A stretch of 64,000 bases of DNA, taken from IMG/VR virus record IMGVR_UViG_3300013947_000021, positions 96,001 through 160,000 of that record, one strand, 5' to 3'. Of the stretch, positions 11,418 through 21,357 are shown piece by piece. The notes under the pieces are model-generated. The model saw nothing but the letters and a program-made list of their open reading frames with translations, was not told the DNA's origin and did no database searches. The position numbers were made by a program, and so were the translations under genes. The stretch comes from a virus. Lineage: Duplodnaviria > Caudoviricetes. Position 1 is the stretch's first letter. Each line of letters begins with the position of its first letter.

Positions 11418-11458
11418 TTTAATAATCTCCTTTAACAAATATTAGGGATATTAATTAT

Positions 11459-11873
11459 TTATGATAAAATCATATAGCTTAAATTCATAATTATACTTGA
11501 AAAGTTTGCATTTGGAGTAAATATTCCATTGTTAATATTACATATTGTTATATCATCAGATCCACTAGTAGATGTTGATGATGCAGCACTAATAGTTATA
11601 TTATTAGAAGAATCAACAGAAATTATTCCAATATAATTAGAGTTGTTGGTGCAATATGATCCTATAATTTTATTTGTATTTCTATTATAATAAATATTCA
11701 ATACATTACTTCCAATATAAGCAAATTGTAATATCAATATTATAGTAGTACCATTAAATGTAACACTATTATACCTATTAGTGACATTATATGTAGTTCC
11801 TATAATATAAGAACCATTATTACCCCCCCCCCAAATCTTTGGAGGCTCCATCAATATTAGCATAAATACTCAT
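11459..11873 (-). CDS. Poly-G cassette 12 (type B), phase OFF (G10)
   Basis: ATG 11873 reads MSIYANIDGASKDLGGG*; C10 at 11823-11832; span 415 = 3n+1. Confidence 0.8.
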
Positions 11874-11986
11874 TTTAATTAATCTCTTTTATAATAAATT
11901 TATTTTTTTTATTTAAATGTTTTAAAGTTAAAATATATAGAGATATGGATGTTCTCCATATCTCTATATTCTTTATTATCTTTATA

Positions 11987-12643
11987 TTACGAATATACTC
12001 CTAATATACTACCATTACCTGTAGGTGTACTAGCACTAGTATTTAATGCTATATTTCTTACTTGATAAGTAGTATAATTAGTATTAGCTTGTGCTACTAA
12101 AGCACCAGTTAATGTACCACCAGACTTATCGAGTTTATTTGCTAATGCAGTTGTAGTAGCATAAGTACTATGAGTATGATTAGTATCAGACTTTCCTGCA
12201 AGTGCAGCAGCAATTACTTTATTCTGAACAGGATTCTCTGAAGTAGTAGACATTGCAGTATCACATTCTACTTTACCTCCTCCACCACCTTCATACCATG
12301 CAGACCAGCTAGTACCATTATACTCACGATATGCGATAAGTCTAGAATTAGTTCCATCTGCAGTAGTACCGAGTTTTTCAGCTTCCTGAATAATATACTT
12401 AGAATAATTTGTTGCCGAAGAACTATTATCAGGATCAGGAGCATATACTCTAAGAACCCATGCACAAGCACTGCTGCAAGTTAATGGCGTAGTAGTAGTA
12501 CCAATGAATATATACATACCTGTTTCAAGCACAGTATCAAGTAATGTAGAATTAGATGATAAACTGCCAAGTAACACAGATCCATCAAGATAACCATTTT
12601 GAGCAAGTTTTGATATACCTGCTATTATTTTAGGTTGTGCCAT
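11987..12643 (-). CDS. Short tail fibre / adaptor with shared C-terminal module
   Basis: TGMY...IIQEA...YREYNGTSWSAW fibre-knob-like domain, HTH repeat, C-terminus identical to 6488-7330. Confidence 0.75.
   Translation of the reverse strand: MAQPKIIAGISKLAQNGYLDGSVLLGSLSSNSTLLDTVLETGMYIFIGTTTTPLTCSSACAWVLRVYAPDPDNSSSATNYSKYIIQEAEKLGTTADGTNSRLIAYREYNGTSWSAWYEGGGGGKVECDTAMSTTSENPVQNKVIAAALAGKSDTNHTHSTYATTTALANKLDKSGGTLTGALVAQANTNYTTYQVRNIALNTSASTPTGNGSILGVYS
11994..12128. repeat. 135-bp perfect direct repeat, copy 2
   Basis: Identical to 6495-6629. Confidence 0.9.
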
Positions 12644-12678
12644 ATATAAAATCTCCTTTCAAGAGGAATGATAAATTA

Positions 12679-14913
12679 TTAAGTAGTAATTTTAAATTTA
12701 AGAGAGTCATTATAATTATGCTGAGAAATATCCTTAAGATATTTAACATCAACCCATGATGTACCAGTAGGAACAGAAAGTGTAACAGTCTGCACACTAG
12801 AGGATGAACTGCCCTTAAATAATTTGGTATAAGTACTATCTGCAGAATTACTAGTCCCAAGAGCTGTACCGATTTTACCTATAATACCATAGTCATAATT
12901 TGCTTCAGCATAGTTTATACAATTAAATGTAACAGTATATGCAGCTCCAGTATTATTAGTAAAGTTTATACGGCAAACAGCAGCGGAACTATTTACTCCA
13001 GCATTACCAGATGTATAATAACCGTCAGATGTAAGACTAAATCCATAAGATGCTCCAGATACTTTGGAAGTAACTGTCCAAGTAGGAACAAGTGCTTCTG
13101 CAGTAAATGCTTTACATGAAATAGATCTTACATCACATAACTTTATTAAGCTATTCTTAAATTCAACAGCAGTAGTATCACCTGCGGTAAAATACCTGCT
13201 TGCAGTATCTATTTTAGTAATTGGTATATCAAATTTACAAGATACCGAGTTTCTAGATACTGTAATAGTTATTGTATAAGTTCCAGCAGCTGCAGATGCT
13301 AATGCGGTTGAAGTAATACTATAATGCATTCTATGATTATCATCAACAAACATTACTGGATAACTTGATGATATCTCTGTGCCAGATGAATTAGTAACTT
13401 TTATTGATACTAATGTACAATCTGATGACTTAAGATTCTTATGAGGTTCAGCATATCCATAATCATAATTATATTTAGCAAATTTATTTGCATCACTAGC
13501 ATCATGAGCTTCAAGTATTTCCGCTACTCCATTAAGTTCTCCATCTGAAGCCATAAATACTTTTGCATTAGCAGCATAATTACTAGTATTATTATACACC
13601 CATTTAGCATTAGTATTATGATCACTACTTGCATAAGTTGTTTTTATGCAAGACCTTTTAGAATAAGGAATCTTATCAGCAGTAGCAGAATCACTACAAT
13701 AGAATTTATTTTCTATTTTTTCATAAAGTCCAACCATTGAATCAATTCTTCGTATTACTGGAACATAATCTCGTATAGTAACTCCATTTTTAACCATTTT
13801 AAAACTGTAAAGTTTAAAACGTCCATTATAAGTTGTTTCTGTTCCAGCACCTCTAATACTTTCAACATCAGATGTTGTAAATATATAAATATTATTTGTA
13901 CTATTGGTTCCAGTAGGAGTAAATGTATAAGCTGTACCATTAACTGTAATACCACTCTTAGAACATGAAGCAGTAATACGTGTAGTAGCATCTATACTAA
14001 CATCTTTTTGTGCTCCACCATAATGCCATCTTATTCCTCCGCCAGATTTATATGCATTAAATAGATATCCATTAACTGTCCAGGAAGAACCAAATATACA
14101 ATTATCTGTAATTCCATCTGATAAGCATTGAAAGTCTACAGTAGTTACAAGATCATCAGATGGCTTAACTCCAGTATCTATCTTTTGTATACCATTAGAT
14201 TGAATATAGTCAAGAAGTGTATATTCTTCATTTTTAAATATATAAGATTCTATAATTGGCTTATATGATTCACTTATATTTATATATCCATTGGTAATAG
14301 ATTTATAATTACCACCGATATTTATATTTCCATTAATTGGCTTATTTATACTAAGGGTAGATGTTTGTGAACCATTAGCTCTATGAAATATATCTGTAGC
14401 TCTATCATATAATCCAATATGCCCAGAGCTCTCCTCAAGGCAAGGAACAAAATCTCTTACAAGAGTACCATTATCATATACTTGCATAGAAAATATTCTT
14501 ACTTTACAAGGATACTGAGGACTATTAGCATTATTTGTATCACCAATATGCATACTATATGAGTTAGTAAATGATGTAGTATCATTAATAGTAACCGCAG
14601 TACTATCTACTTTAAATTGAGATTTGTCCAAAGATACAGTATGCCTATCAGAAACAGATTGAGATGAGAATGAGATACTATATTCTTTTGTACCCCATCT
14701 TCCCATCCAAATATTTTTACTATTATCTACATAAAACCATACCTGTTGAGTAGAGCTATTTCTAGATCCACATATTGCACTATACTGTGAAGAAAGAGAA
14801 ACAACTTGACAATCAACAACTATTTTTGTATTACTATTAGGCTTGAATTTTGTACTTATATATTCTCCACCATAAAATTCAAAATAATCTGCCTGAATGA
14901 ATCCGTCACGCAT
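12679..14913 (-). CDS. Large receptor-binding/tail protein with two lectin-like (ConA/LamG-type) repeats
   Basis: Two repeats (YISTKFKP...VRDFVPC...GLYD and KIDTGVKP...IRDYVPV...GLYE); internal NIGGNYKSITNGYINI motif resembles cassette N-termini. Confidence 0.65.
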   Translation of the reverse strand: MRDGFIQADYFEFYGGEYISTKFKPNSNTKIVVDCQVVSLSSQYSAICGSRNSSTQQVWFYVDNSKNIWMGRWGTKEYSISFSSQSVSDRHTVSLDKSQFKVDSTAVTINDTTSFTNSYSMHIGDTNNANSPQYPCKVRIFSMQVYDNGTLVRDFVPCLEESSGHIGLYDRATDIFHRANGSQTSTLSINKPINGNINIGGNYKSITNGYINISESYKPIIESYIFKNEEYTLLDYIQSNGIQKIDTGVKPSDDLVTTVDFQCLSDGITDNCIFGSSWTVNGYLFNAYKSGGGIRWHYGGAQKDVSIDATTRITASCSKSGITVNGTAYTFTPTGTNSTNNIYIFTTSDVESIRGAGTETTYNGRFKLYSFKMVKNGVTIRDYVPVIRRIDSMVGLYEKIENKFYCSDSATADKIPYSKRSCIKTTYASSDHNTNAKWVYNNTSNYAANAKVFMASDGELNGVAEILEAHDASDANKFAKYNYDYGYAEPHKNLKSSDCTLVSIKVTNSSGTEISSSYPVMFVDDNHRMHYSITSTALASAAAGTYTITITVSRNSVSCKFDIPITKIDTASRYFTAGDTTAVEFKNSLIKLCDVRSISCKAFTAEALVPTWTVTSKVSGASYGFSLTSDGYYTSGNAGVNSSAAVCRINFTNNTGAAYTVTFNCINYAEANYDYGIIGKIGTALGTSNSADSTYTKLFKGSSSSSVQTVTLSVPTGTSWVDVKYLKDISQHNYNDSLKFKITT

Positions 14914-14938
14914 AAGTATAATTCAACTCCTATCTTTA

Positions 14939-16636
14939 TTAGGAATTACTATAAACAAGTACAATGTCTCCATCATTTCCACTAGTAGGAAGTGTAGCAT
15001 CACTTGCATATACAGAAATATTTCTTACATGATTACCAGTACTAGTAGCCTTAGCGATAAGATTGCCAGTCATAGTAGCACCAGTTGTCTTTACGACATT
15101 AGTAATATTTACTACACCACTTGTAGAAGGAGTAACAGTAGTACCATTAACCTGGATTGTAGGAGAAGCAACATCGACAACACCACTAGAATCGGGCGTA
15201 GCAATAGTTCCATTTACTCTAACTCCAGAAACAACTCCACCATTAAGCTTTGCACCAATCTTAGCAATTGCACTCTCAACATTATTTACCGAATCAAAAT
15301 ATCCAGCTGTATTAACAAGTGTAACATTAGCACCAGTAGCAGTAAGTGCAACATCAGTACCAGTACTCTTACTTACTACTGTAAAGATATCCCCGTCTTC
15401 AGCAGTATATCCATTAAGAGCAATATTTCCAGCAGCATTTATAGTATAATGAGTATTCTTTGTAAGAAGTATACCATTCTGATAAATTTGTGCAGCATCA
15501 GATATAGCTACAGAAAGAGGATTAGTGATAACAGAAGCACCAGCGGTAGCTGTAGTAGAACCAGAAACTATTGTTCCAGTATCAATAGTCTGCCAAGTAC
15601 CATCACCACGAAGAAACTTAGTATTTGCACCAGCAGCAGGAGCAGGAACAAGGCCCTTAGCACCTGCAGAAGATGCAGTAGCAGCGGTCATTATAGAATC
15701 AGAAGCTATACCAAGTCCAGTAATATCAGACTTAGTAATTGCTGTAGCTGCAGATATATGTCCAAGCGTATCTACAGTAATCTTATACATGCCGCTTGTC
15801 TTAGCAGTATGTGTAGGATGACTATATACAGTATCGCTAAACTTTGCATTTGCAGGAACAGATTTTGCAATAGTATATTCAAGTGCAGTAGGCTTACCAT
15901 CTACAAAATATACAGGAGTTGTAGCATCACCAGCGGTAGATGTACTTAGCTTAGTAGCTGTTTCTACACTAGTCTGAAGAGGATGAACATGATCTGCTCT
16001 TGCAGATCTAGTAAGTGTGCCTACTGCAGCAGTTCCATTTTCCTTAGGAATATCTGCAGTTCCAGCAAGGCCATATATAGTAGGCTTATTATCAAGATCA
16101 TTATAGCTATTACTAGTAGCCACAGTACCAAGTCCAGAGACTATACTAGCAGGAACACCAGTAACATTAATATTTACATCTTTACTTCCATCAAAAGTAG
16201 CAGCAGTAGCAGTTATACCACCACTAATTCCGATACTTCTTGCAGTTTTAAGTTTATCAGCAGTTCCTGCATTACCAGAAACACTAGTTTGAAGAGGATG
16301 AACATGATCCCCTCTTGCTACAGTAGTTTCAGTTCCTACAGAAGCATTTGCCGCTCCAGGCTTAGGAGCAGTGGTTGAAATCTTTACAAGTCCAGGAGCA
16401 GCAGTAGTTGCATCTGGAATAGTTACATCAGTACCAGAAACAGGATCTACAGTTCCTATTGTAGTTTTGGCACTATTTAAAAGTTTTACACTTTTATTAA
16501 CTCTAACACTTGTAGATCCATCGGAACTATATACATATAATTCGCCATCTTTTTCTACAAGCTCATCAGGATAATAAGTTTTACCTGTCTCAAGCTTTCG
16601 AGCTCTAACAGGTTGCTTTATATTATTAGAAGCCAT
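14939..16636 (-). CDS. Tail fibre protein
   Basis: A/T/G-rich; ARGDHVHP/ARADHVHP repeats, GLVPAPAAG..KFLRGDGTW; C-terminal PTSGNDGDIVLVYS. Confidence 0.85.
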   Translation of the reverse strand: MASNNIKQPVRARKLETGKTYYPDELVEKDGELYVYSSDGSTSVRVNKSVKLLNSAKTTIGTVDPVSGTDVTIPDATTAAPGLVKISTTAPKPGAANASVGTETTVARGDHVHPLQTSVSGNAGTADKLKTARSIGISGGITATAATFDGSKDVNINVTGVPASIVSGLGTVATSNSYNDLDNKPTIYGLAGTADIPKENGTAAVGTLTRSARADHVHPLQTSVETATKLSTSTAGDATTPVYFVDGKPTALEYTIAKSVPANAKFSDTVYSHPTHTAKTSGMYKITVDTLGHISAATAITKSDITGLGIASDSIMTAATASSAGAKGLVPAPAAGANTKFLRGDGTWQTIDTGTIVSGSTTATAGASVITNPLSVAISDAAQIYQNGILLTKNTHYTINAAGNIALNGYTAEDGDIFTVVSKSTGTDVALTATGANVTLVNTAGYFDSVNNVESAIAKIGAKLNGGVVSGVRVNGTIATPDSSGVVDVASPTIQVNGTTVTPSTSGVVNITNVVKTTGATMTGNLIAKATSTGNHVRNISVYASDATLPTSGNDGDIVLVYSNS

Positions 16637-16775
16637 GATTATACCTCCATATTATATAAATTTTTATTATTATGTTTTGAGTTTATATATAGGCAATATT
16701 AAATTTAAATACCAGAAAAATGAGATTGCTGGTAAACATAATAATAAGTATTTTCATAGTAAAGGAGTATTAGAC

Positions 16776-17759
16776 ATGTGGATTCGGTCATTATATAGTA
16801 CCATCTCATCAGATGGAGTTACATCTCCTATAGGAACTCCATCTGAATCTGTTGATGCTGCCATAAAACTTACAGAAGCTTTAGAAAAATATGGGCCTTT
16901 TTTAGTTGGTATTGCAATAGCAATTACAATATTTATGATCATTGTGATTGCAGTCGTAGTTATATTTTTATATGATAAAATTTGTAATAGTAAAAAGGGT
17001 GAAAGAATATTTGGATTTAGTGAAAAAATTGTTGAAACTGCTATGGCAAATTATTTTGAAAAAAATAATAAGGCAGAAAATTCAGATCAACTTGTAGCAG
17101 TCAATGATAAAGAAACTAGATCATTCGTGGTTCAATGTATGGAAAAATTAGATTTTATTACAAATAAACTTGATATATTGAAACCACCTCAAAAAACCGA
17201 AGTTGTTAATAAAGATAGATTAAAAAACTATTGGAAAGCTAGAGATGAATTTACTAATGCATCCAAAGCATGCCTATCTGTATTGGAATGTAGTAGGGTA
17301 TCTATCTATGTTTTTCATAATGGAAACAAATCTCTTTACGGATTTCCGTTTTTTAAAATTACATGTGTATACGATTTAACTAGTAATGGTTCTAAGAGTT
17401 TTGCTAGTAAGAATCATGTAGATTGCCCATTGAATATGTGCGGATTTGTTGCTGATTTATATAGCCAAGGATTGTATATAAATTATAATATAGAAGAAAC
17501 AAAAAAAGAAAATGAAATAAACCATGTTGATGATAGAGGTATTTTAACATTTTTAGAATACTCTAAAACTAAATCAATATATATGGAAGCAATTAAAACA
17601 GACGATGATGCATTATGCGGATTTGCTGCAATAGAATTTGATACTGCACATGATCCTACTGATGATATGAATAATAGTTATATAATGAAAACTATAGAAA
17701 GTTATATAAAAGCAATTAAGCCAATTGTTTGTAATTATGGGGAATTTGATAAAGACTAA
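16776..17759 (+). CDS. Membrane protein with soluble C-terminal domain, possible T4-T-like holin
   Basis: AAAGGAG SD before ATG 16776; one TM helix; SRVSIYVFHNG motif. Confidence 0.5.
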   Translation: MWIRSLYSTISSDGVTSPIGTPSESVDAAIKLTEALEKYGPFLVGIAIAITIFMIIVIAVVVIFLYDKICNSKKGERIFGFSEKIVETAMANYFEKNNKAENSDQLVAVNDKETRSFVVQCMEKLDFITNKLDILKPPQKTEVVNKDRLKNYWKARDEFTNASKACLSVLECSRVSIYVFHNGNKSLYGFPFFKITCVYDLTSNGSKSFASKNHVDCPLNMCGFVADLYSQGLYINYNIEETKKENEINHVDDRGILTFLEYSKTKSIYMEAIKTDDDALCGFAAIEFDTAHDPTDDMNNSYIMKTIESYIKAIKPIVCNYGEFDKD

Positions 17760-17849
17760 ATATACATAAGTAAGTAGGTTTTCCTACTTACTTATTTTTT
17801 ATAGCCTGAACAATTTTATAAATTATTATTTAAAGGAGCGTAGACTATT

Positions 17850-18323
17850 ATGGAAAATATTAACCTTATTGCAGCTATAGGAATAGTATGTCTTATTGTT
17901 GTTGCTATAGTTATAAATATTATCATTATAATTTCTAAAAAGAAGGATAAAGAAGCTACTGTAGAAGAAATTCTTGATTTTATTTCCTCTCGTACCTCTT
18001 CTATTATTATAGCACTTCAAGATGCTGTTATTATTCTTCAGAAAAATGAAGCTGATTATAGTAATAAAACAGAGTATGAAATTGATGTAATTAATACTAC
18101 TCTTGAAGTGATTAAAGAACGTGGTAAAGATTTTGGAATTCCTGAATCTATTATTAATATATGTGATACTGCTAAGCTTGCTGAATTTATTGAAAATATT
18201 TTTAACTCTCACAAAGAAGAAGTTTATTCAGTGCTTCCTGCAGAAGTTATCGATAAGAATAAAGATCTTTATGATGATGAAACTGCGAATGTACTTGCTG
18301 AAGCTAAGGATGAAGAAGAATAA
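17850..18323 (+). CDS. N-terminally anchored membrane protein (holin-like)
   Basis: Hydrophobic N-terminal helix, AAGGAG SD, late motif 17809-17820. Confidence 0.5.
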   Translation: MENINLIAAIGIVCLIVVAIVINIIIIISKKKDKEATVEEILDFISSRTSSIIIALQDAVIILQKNEADYSNKTEYEIDVINTTLEVIKERGKDFGIPESIINICDTAKLAEFIENIFNSHKEEVYSVLPAEVIDKNKDLYDDETANVLAEAKDEEE

Positions 18324-18336
18324 ATACATAATGAAT

Positions 18337-18363
18337 ACCCATGGAGAATTAATCTCCATGGGC
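18337..18363. terminator. Bidirectional terminator between convergent genes
   Basis: cccatggaga-attaa-tctccatggg. Confidence 0.7.
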
Positions 18364-18367
18364 CATT

Positions 18368-19747
18368 TTATTTGTCTTCTTTTTTAGATTCTTTCAATCT
18401 ATCTTTATATCCAGATTGAGCTAATGAATAATTTGCAAGATAATCTTTATCTATATAAATTCCTATATAAGTACCTATAGCAGTAACTATTTCATCTGAG
18501 CTAAATACCATAGTGTCCCAATTAATAGTTCCTTTAATATAATTTCCACCATTATAAAAAATAAACTCGCAGAAAATAGATGGGGATATTCCCTGATATA
18601 AACAATCAGCGATGCATTTTTTTATATCTCCTTCTAGCAATTCAGAAAGATTTATAGAGAATTTCTTATCCATTACATCATTTTCATCCATCTCATATGA
18701 AGTAGAAATATATAAAGGCCAGCCATATTTATTCTCTTCAGGAATAATAGTTTCTTTAAATGTATAACATGTACTAATAGGTCCATTAGGCTGATACCAT
18801 GCTGTATAAATCTTTTCAAGATTATGGGCATTGTTAGAATAATATGCATACATCTTAGGAGCAGGAAATCTAACTTCTGCAGATAATTCTATTCCAAATG
18901 CGTTAGTCATTTGGCCATTTTGATTTCCATCATCTGCAGATAAATCTGTAGGACGTACATGTACATACATATTTTGCATTCTTAAAAAGAATTCATTTCT
19001 TCCATTAAGAGTTCTAAATTTATATAAAAAAGGCAAAGAACTATGCATATTAAGATATCTTAAAAATTTAGGGATGTCTTTTATTATCTCAGTATTATAT
19101 GCTTCGGTTCCTTTCTTTTCTAATTTAATAACTTCAAATCCATTATCTCTAGCAATTTGTATCATTAATTCATAAGGAATATGAAAATCCAAATCTACAT
19201 CTTCTCCACAAGTAAATCCTACTCTACAAGCCATCTTTATATATTTATATAAATCAAGCTGATGTGATCTAGTTTCTACTTTAATTCTAAAAGTAAAGGG
19301 CATAAGCAAAGTTTCCATTCCTATACCTAAATAAGAAGATGTTTCGGGGCATGAGAAAAATGATTCTTTAAATTTTCCTAATGGAGTATATAACTGCATT
19401 CCATAAGGATAAGAATCTACATTTTCATTATTAAAATCCCAAGTTATAGAAGGAGTAATTGTAAGAGCAGGAGTAGGACGTTTTAATAGCTCAAGTTTGC
19501 TCATTGATCTAAAATCATCATATATATTTTTTCCATCTACATAAACAGATTTGAATATATTCTTATTAAATTTGGAAAGAAACCATTTCTTCATATATTC
19601 AACACAAAGAGAATATGCTTGTGTAGTAGATGGAACACAAATAGATCTATATAAAGACTTAGAATGATTATTTGATTTTTCAAATTCATTTGGTGTAATT
19701 TCAACTATATTAGATGAATTAAAGTCCATATATTCATTCACCTCCAT
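18368..19747 (-). CDS. Conserved jumbo-phage protein, probably virion structural
   Basis: 459 aa ORF; function inferred from context only. Confidence 0.5.
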   Translation of the reverse strand: MEVNEYMDFNSSNIVEITPNEFEKSNNHSKSLYRSICVPSTTQAYSLCVEYMKKWFLSKFNKNIFKSVYVDGKNIYDDFRSMSKLELLKRPTPALTITPSITWDFNNENVDSYPYGMQLYTPLGKFKESFFSCPETSSYLGIGMETLLMPFTFRIKVETRSHQLDLYKYIKMACRVGFTCGEDVDLDFHIPYELMIQIARDNGFEVIKLEKKGTEAYNTEIIKDIPKFLRYLNMHSSLPFLYKFRTLNGRNEFFLRMQNMYVHVRPTDLSADDGNQNGQMTNAFGIELSAEVRFPAPKMYAYYSNNAHNLEKIYTAWYQPNGPISTCYTFKETIIPEENKYGWPLYISTSYEMDENDVMDKKFSINLSELLEGDIKKCIADCLYQGISPSIFCEFIFYNGGNYIKGTINWDTMVFSSDEIVTAIGTYIGIYIDKDYLANYSLAQSGYKDRLKESKKEDK

Positions 19748-19947
19748 TTATTTTAAATGTTCAAGTGTATTATAAATACAAAAAAATAAAAGAGCAGAGA
19801 TTTTTATTCTCTGCTCTTTCTTTGGCTCTTAACTCTTTATTTTATTTTTCTTCTTTATGAGTATACACAGTATTATATATAATGCAAAAATTATTATATT
19901 TTCAGTTATAGTCATTTGTAAAAATCTCCTTTAAATAAAATAATAAA

Positions 19948-20658
19948 TTATATATCCTTAAGAGTTGCACGTGCTACTATATCTGCAAGAAAATTAATAG
20001 CAAATTCTTTTTTCTCTTTATTTCTTTCACCATTAAATTTCTTTATAAATATATCATAAAAAGATTTTCCTACTGACTGACGGCAATAATCATTCAAATC
20101 TATCAATCCAATATCAGAAATTCTATTCTCAGAATAATATTCATTAAATTTCATTTCATATCCCATTGCCTGAAATGCATTACAAGGAATCATACTATTT
20201 GGATCATCATATAAGATATCAGGATTATCAAATGCATCTGAATTGTATTCTTCTATAATAATTTTATTCCATAATATAACTACATTTCTATTGATATTGT
20301 ATGGAAATGCATATATTACAGGAATTTTACAATATCTAGAAGCTGCAATAAATTCTTCAAAGTTCATATAAAATGGCGATATTATAATCTTCCATTTACT
20401 AGCTGCTTTAGATATTGCAGATATAAATCTAGATTCTATATTATTTATATTCATATCAATAAACATATGAAGATTTCCAATGCATTTATCCGAATTATCT
20501 TTTCCTTTTAAATTAGGAAGGCAAGGAATATTTTTATATTTATATCTCTTAGATGGATCTGCATCAGGAATAACTATAATTACACTCTTATCAAGATCTC
20601 CATTAATAAGATCTTCTTTCACTTTATTAAATTCCTCATTAGTCATAAATTCTCTCAT
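19948..20658 (-). CDS. Hypothetical protein, paralog family P1 copy 3
   Basis: Shares P..GNLH...IE.RF..AI.KA...I..P.Y pattern with the two upstream ORFs. Confidence 0.7.
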   Translation of the reverse strand: MREFMTNEEFNKVKEDLINGDLDKSVIIVIPDADPSKRYKYKNIPCLPNLKGKDNSDKCIGNLHMFIDMNINNIESRFISAISKAASKWKIIISPFYMNFEEFIAASRYCKIPVIYAFPYNINRNVVILWNKIIIEEYNSDAFDNPDILYDDPNSMIPCNAFQAMGYEMKFNEYYSENRISDIGLIDLNDYCRQSVGKSFYDIFIKKFNGERNKEKKEFAINFLADIVARATLKDI

Positions 20659-20694
20659 TTTTATTTCTCCTTTTAAATTAATTTTATTTTTTTA

Positions 20695-21357
20695 TTATTT
20701 AAATAAATTCATATCCACGAAATATCCATCTTTTAAAGCTTTAGAAATTAATCTTATATAAGTAGGATACCTATCTGTGAAATTGAAATTATTATATAAA
20801 TAATCTGTATCTATCTTCTTATCTTCCTTATATACAGGAATATGAAGATCATTTTCATCGATAAATTTATAGAACTCATCAATATCATCTGGTCTGAAAT
20901 ATGGTAAATGACCCATGAGATCATATACCGCTTTTTCAGAATAATCCGATGAAATCAATATATTGTTTTCTATCCAATTTTTATAATAGTCATCATGTAT
21001 ATTACTAATATTTTCGGGTAAATAGTAAATTACAGGATAATTGAGACTAATACAAACATGTAAAAAGAGTTTGTAATTCTTATAAAATGGTGCTGTAAGT
21101 ATAATGTGATTCTGCGCTGCATTTCTTATAGCAGCTTCGATTCTATCCCATCTTTCTTCTATTAAGGATTTATTATAAAAATGAATATTTCCTACTACAG
21201 GGTAATTAGTCTGAGATCGTAATGCTGGAAATTTTGCTAAATTAACACCATGACAATGTTTCTTAGGATAGGGATCAAATGTTACAATAATAGGTCTCTT
21301 GTCAAATTCATTCTTATTAAGAAGATCGACAACTGTTTTGTAATTAAAATTTGCCAT
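20695..21357 (-). CDS. Hypothetical protein, paralog family P1 copy 2
   Basis: Same motif; early promoter 21403-21420. Confidence 0.7.
   Translation of the reverse strand: MANFNYKTVVDLLNKNEFDKRPIIVTFDPYPKKHCHGVNLAKFPALRSQTNYPVVGNIHFYNKSLIEERWDRIEAAIRNAAQNHIILTAPFYKNYKLFLHVCISLNYPVIYYLPENISNIHDDYYKNWIENNILISSDYSEKAVYDLMGHLPYFRPDDIDEFYKFIDENDLHIPVYKEDKKIDTDYLYNNFNFTDRYPTYIRLISKALKDGYFVDMNLFK

Noticed and set aside
702-11873. Diversity-generating retroelement or invertible shufflon as the source of cassette diversity
   Set aside because: No reverse transcriptase or recombinase in the window, all cassettes are co-oriented, and paralog differences are block-like; I saw no adenine-specific template/variable repeat pair
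14897-16574. Long plus-strand ORFs opposite the tail fibre gene
   Set aside because: Antisense shadows of a codon-biased gene; S/I/C-rich, no SD
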